DNA of 64,000 nucleotides from a bacterium (GTDB lineage Bacteria; Myxococcota_A; UBA9160; SZUA-336): NCBI GenBank assembly GCA_041498295.1, contig JBGQIB010000003.1, positions 2,220 to 66,219 of the forward strand, read 5' to 3'. Shown piece by piece: positions 60,887 to 64,000 of this stretch (position 1 is its first letter; each line of letters starts with the position of its first letter). The notes under the pieces were generated by a model. It saw only the letters and a program-made list of their open reading frames with translations, ran no database searches and was not told where the DNA came from. The position numbers and the translations under genes were made by a program.

Positions 60887-63112
60887 GTGCGCGGCTCGGT
60901 CGAGATTCTGCGCGACGAGCTGGGCATCCCGCACGTCCGCGCCGAGTCACTCGGCGGCGCGTTCTTCGGCCAGGGCTTTACGTGCGCGCAGGATCGCCTC
61001 TGGCAGATGGAGCACGATCGGCGGCGCGCGAGCGGCCGCTGGGCGGAGGTCGTCGGTCCGATCGCCGTCGGACGCGACGCGTTTCTGCGTCGCATGGGGC
61101 TCGCGCGCTCGGCCGTTCGCGACCTGGCCGCGCTGCGCGCCGACACGCGCGAGATGTTCGACGCCTACGCGGCGGGGGTGAACGCGTTTCTCGCCAGCGG
61201 CGCGCCGCTCCCGGCCGAGTACGCGCTCACGGGTATCTCGCCGGAGCCGTGGGAGGCGTGGCACTGCATCGCGGTCTACAAAATCCGCCACGCGTTCATG
61301 GGCCCGCTGTATCGCAAGCTCTGGCGCGGCGCGCTGCTGCGCGAGCACGGGCCGGAGCTTCTGGCGGCGATCTACGCGGGCGCGGCCGAGACACTCTCGG
61401 TGCCGCCGGGCGAGGATCACCGCGAGCCGGCGCTGCTCCCGGCCGAGCTGGCGACGGGCGTCGAAGCGCTCGGCGCCCTGGAGCCGGGCGACGGCGCCAG
61501 CAATCACTGGGCGCTCGCGGGGAGTCGCACCGCGTCCGGGAAGCCGCTCGTCGCGGGCGATCCGCACCGCCCGCTCGAGCTCCCGAACGTGTACTGGCAG
61601 AACCACGTGCGCTGCGTGGGCTTCGACGCGATCGGCCTCTCGTTCGCGGGCGTGCCGGGGTTCCCGCACTTCGGACACAACGCGCAGGTCGCCTGGTGCA
61701 TCACGCACGGCATGGCCGACGATCAGGATCTCTTCGTCGAGCGACTCGGCGCGCGCGAGCTGGCGCTGGCGGAGCGGCGAACCGAGACGGTGTCGGTGCG
61801 CGGCGCCGCGCCGGCCGAAGTCGAGATACTCACCACGGCGCGCGGGCCCGTGGTTCTGGGCGGCACGCACGTCGGCCTCGGAATCGCCCTGCGCTGGACG
61901 ACGCTCGTGGAGCCCGACTCGAGCTTCGACTGCTTCCTGCCGATGCTCGCCGCCACGAGCGCGGCCAAGCTCGAGGATGCGATGCGCGCCTGGGTCACTC
62001 CGTGCAACAACTTGATCAGCGCAGACGTCGCGGGCTCGATCCGGTATCGCTTCCGCGGGCGCGTGCCCGTGCGCGATCCGTCGAATCGCTGGAGCCCCGT
62101 TCCGGGTGAGTCGAGCGCGCACGCCTGGCGCGGCTACGTGCCGTTCGACGTGCTGCCCGCGGTCGCCGATCCGCCGAGCGGCATGCTCGCGGCGGCGAAC
62201 AACCGGCCCGCGGGCGCGGCCGCGCCGTATCTCGGCGTCGACTTCTCGGGAGCGAGCCGCGTGCGGCGGATCTTAGCGCGGCTCGAGTCACTCCACGAGG
62301 CGACGGTGGCGGACATGGCGTCGATCCACGCGGACGATCTCTCGCTCGTAGCGCCGCTGTTCGTGCGCGCGCTCGACGGCGTCGAGCCCGCGAGCGAGCG
62401 GGCGCGCGAGGCACTCGCGCTCCTCCGTGCTTGGGACGCCCACCTCGCCGGCGACTCCGTCGGCGCAGCGCTGTACGTCGCGTTCCGCGAGCAGCTCACT
62501 TTTCTCGCGGGCGGTGCGCTCGGACTCACGGGCCCGATTTTGGGCGTCCTGGGCGAAGCGGCGGGCGCGCCCGAGCGCTTGGCGATGGTCTGGAACGCGA
62601 TTCCTCCGCTTCTGTCGGCGCGCTTCGCGCCGCGCGAGGCGCACACGGCGTTCGATTGGAAGGCGCTCTGCGCACAGGCGTTCGAGCGCGCGCTCGCGTT
62701 TCTCGAAGCGCGCCTCGGCCCGAAGCTCTCGGAGTGGCGCTTCGCGCGCGTGCACCGCACGTTCGCATGGCATCCCTCCGCGATCGACCTGGAGGCGGCG
62801 CGTCGCCTGCGCCCGCCGCCATCGGTGCCAATGGGCGGCGATGGTGACACCGTTCTGTGTGGCGCGACCGTGCCCGGCTTCAGTCTGCGCGCCACCGCCG
62901 TATCCGTCGCGCGCTACGTCTTCGACCTCTCCGATTGGGAGCGCTCGGGCTGGGTCGTGCCGCACGGCGTCTCGGGCGATCCCGCGAGCCCCCACTACAC
63001 CGACCAGCTGCTCGCGTGGGCGGAGCTGCGCCTCCTGCCCATGCGGTACGACTGGCGCGGGATCGAGGCCGCCGCGAGCTCGCGTGTGACGCTCGCGCCG
63101 CCGGCGCGCTGA
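60887..63112 (+). CDS. penicillin-acylase-family Ntn hydrolase (no recognisable signal peptide)
   Basis: DELGIPHV, AQDRLWQM, GASNHWA (Ser nucleophile context) and DPH motifs. GTG start 1 nt after the upstream stop. Confidence 0.85.
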   Translation: MRGSVEILRDELGIPHVRAESLGGAFFGQGFTCAQDRLWQMEHDRRRASGRWAEVVGPIAVGRDAFLRRMGLARSAVRDLAALRADTREMFDAYAAGVNAFLASGAPLPAEYALTGISPEPWEAWHCIAVYKIRHAFMGPLYRKLWRGALLREHGPELLAAIYAGAAETLSVPPGEDHREPALLPAELATGVEALGALEPGDGASNHWALAGSRTASGKPLVAGDPHRPLELPNVYWQNHVRCVGFDAIGLSFAGVPGFPHFGHNAQVAWCITHGMADDQDLFVERLGARELALAERRTETVSVRGAAPAEVEILTTARGPVVLGGTHVGLGIALRWTTLVEPDSSFDCFLPMLAATSAAKLEDAMRAWVTPCNNLISADVAGSIRYRFRGRVPVRDPSNRWSPVPGESSAHAWRGYVPFDVLPAVADPPSGMLAAANNRPAGAAAPYLGVDFSGASRVRRILARLESLHEATVADMASIHADDLSLVAPLFVRALDGVEPASERAREALALLRAWDAHLAGDSVGAALYVAFREQLTFLAGGALGLTGPILGVLGEAAGAPERLAMVWNAIPPLLSARFAPREAHTAFDWKALCAQAFERALAFLEARLGPKLSEWRFARVHRTFAWHPSAIDLEAARRLRPPPSVPMGGDGDTVLCGATVPGFSLRATAVSVARYVFDLSDWERSGWVVPHGVSGDPASPHYTDQLLAWAELRLLPMRYDWRGIEAAASSRVTLAPPAR

Positions 63113-63750
63113 TGCGGCTGCGGCGTTCGTTCTTCGCGCGCCCGTGTCTCGAGGTCGCCCCCGAGATGCTCGGGCTCCTACTGATTCACGAGCTCGCGAA
63201 CGGCGCGCGGCTCGTCGGCCGGATCGTCGAGGTCGAGGCCTATCTCGGCGACGGGGGCGACGCGGCATCGCACGCGCACCGCGGCCCGACCCTGCGCAGC
63301 CGCGTCATGTTCGGTCCGCCGGGACACTTTTATGTGTACTGCAGCATGGGCATTCACCGCTGCGCGAACCTGGTCTGCGAGAGCGAGGGTCGCGCCGCCG
63401 CGGTGCTGCTGCGCGCCGCCGAGCCGCTCGAGGGGGAGCCGCGGATGCGCGCGCTGCGCGGCGGCCGCGAGGGCCGGGAGCTCGCGAGCGGGCCAGGCAA
63501 GCTCGCGCAGGCGTTCGCGATCCAGCTCGCGCACGACGGCCGCGACGCGCTCCGCGGCGCCCTCCGTCTCGAGCGGGAGCCCGGCGCGCCCGCGCCCGCG
63601 ATCTCGGTCGGCCCGCGCATCGGTCTCAGCAAAGCCGCCGACCTTCCCTACCGGTTTTTCGTGCGCGGCAGTCCGCACGTGACGCGCGCGGCGCAGAATG
63701 GCCGCGCGCGCGAGCTCGCGCCTGAAGTCGCCCCTGGCACGTCGCGCTAA
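63112..63750 (+). CDS. mpg: DNA-3-methyladenine glycosylase (Mpg/AAG family)
   Basis: [11 protein letters not shown]...DAASHA...[16 protein letters not shown]...GPGKL is the canonical Mpg pattern. Confidence 0.85.
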   Translation: MRLRRSFFARPCLEVAPEMLGLLLIHELANGARLVGRIVEVEAYLGDGGDAASHAHRGPTLRSRVMFGPPGHFYVYCSMGIHRCANLVCESEGRAAAVLLRAAEPLEGEPRMRALRGGREGRELASGPGKLAQAFAIQLAHDGRDALRGALRLEREPGAPAPAISVGPRIGLSKAADLPYRFFVRGSPHVTRAAQNGRARELAPEVAPGTSR

Positions 63751-63773
63751 CTGGCGCGTATCCTGCGTGCGCA

Positions 63774-64000
63774 GTGGCAGACCTGGGGAGCACCGAGGGC
63801 GCGCTCGAGCCGCGCGAGCGTTTCACGCGGGCGTGTCGCGGTGAGCCGGTCGATCGGCCGCCGGTGTGGCTCATGCGCCAAGCAGGGCGCTACCTGCCCG
63901 AGTACCGCGCGCTGCGCGAGAGGTCGAGCTTTCTCGCGATGTGCGACTCACCTGAGCTCGCCACCGAGATCTCGCTGCAGCCGCACCGCCGCTTCGGCAT
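63774..64000 (+). CDS. hemE: uroporphyrinogen decarboxylase, N-terminal part (3' end outside window)
   Basis: [21 protein letters not shown] signature. GTG start inferred. Confidence 0.9.
   Translation, partial: MADLGSTEGALEPRERFTRACRGEPVDRPPVWLMRQAGRYLPEYRALRERSSFLAMCDSPELATEISLQPHRRFG

Overview
GC-rich (about 70% G+C by eye), gene-dense bacterial chromosome segment with about 65 supportable CDS. I saw no rRNA, tRNA or CRISPR array. Left third is housekeeping: ligA tail, rsmI, yraN, the rpsP-KH-rimM-trmD-rplS operon with an odd SMC-like gene coupled to it, tsaC, purD, alr, thiSGE, three HtrA-family proteases and galK. Middle: a tetR-reductase cassette bracketed by a perfect 52-bp inverted repeat, an acyl-CoA dehydrogenase/enoyl-CoA hydratase pair with a duplicated gene end between them, an AGPS-like oxidase/PlsC pair (possible ether-lipid module), FHA plus Ser/Thr kinase, a run of alpha/beta-hydrolase esterases, a PEP-CTERM surface protein, and an SxtJ-carbamoyltransferase-DUF5989-SGNH-methyltransferase cassette. 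At about 44.4-52.0 kb lies an accessory island, with visibly lower G+C at its 45.1-46.1 kb end. It holds rearranged IS66 remnants, a Sec-signal Rhs/YD-repeat protein with an unusual hydrophobic C-terminal tip, a small downstream immunity candidate, coupled upstream accessory genes, and an orphan YD fragment at a rearrangement junction. Right end: sulfatase, stand-alone cyclase, DoxX, B12-radical SAM, phosphotriesterase-like hydrolase, LLM oxidoreductase, hydrolase, CoA-transferase, leaderless-looking Ntn acylase, mpg and hemE. The most unusual sequence-level signal is a highly over-represented interrupted palindrome, GAGTSACTC (core AGTSACT), found inside unrelated genes in all codon phases. 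Gene content (PEP-CTERM, AGPS-like, FHA/STK, many HtrA) suggests a myxobacteria/deltaproteobacteria-like lineage, but that is inference only. All family calls rest on motif recognition in the supplied translations, not on searches.
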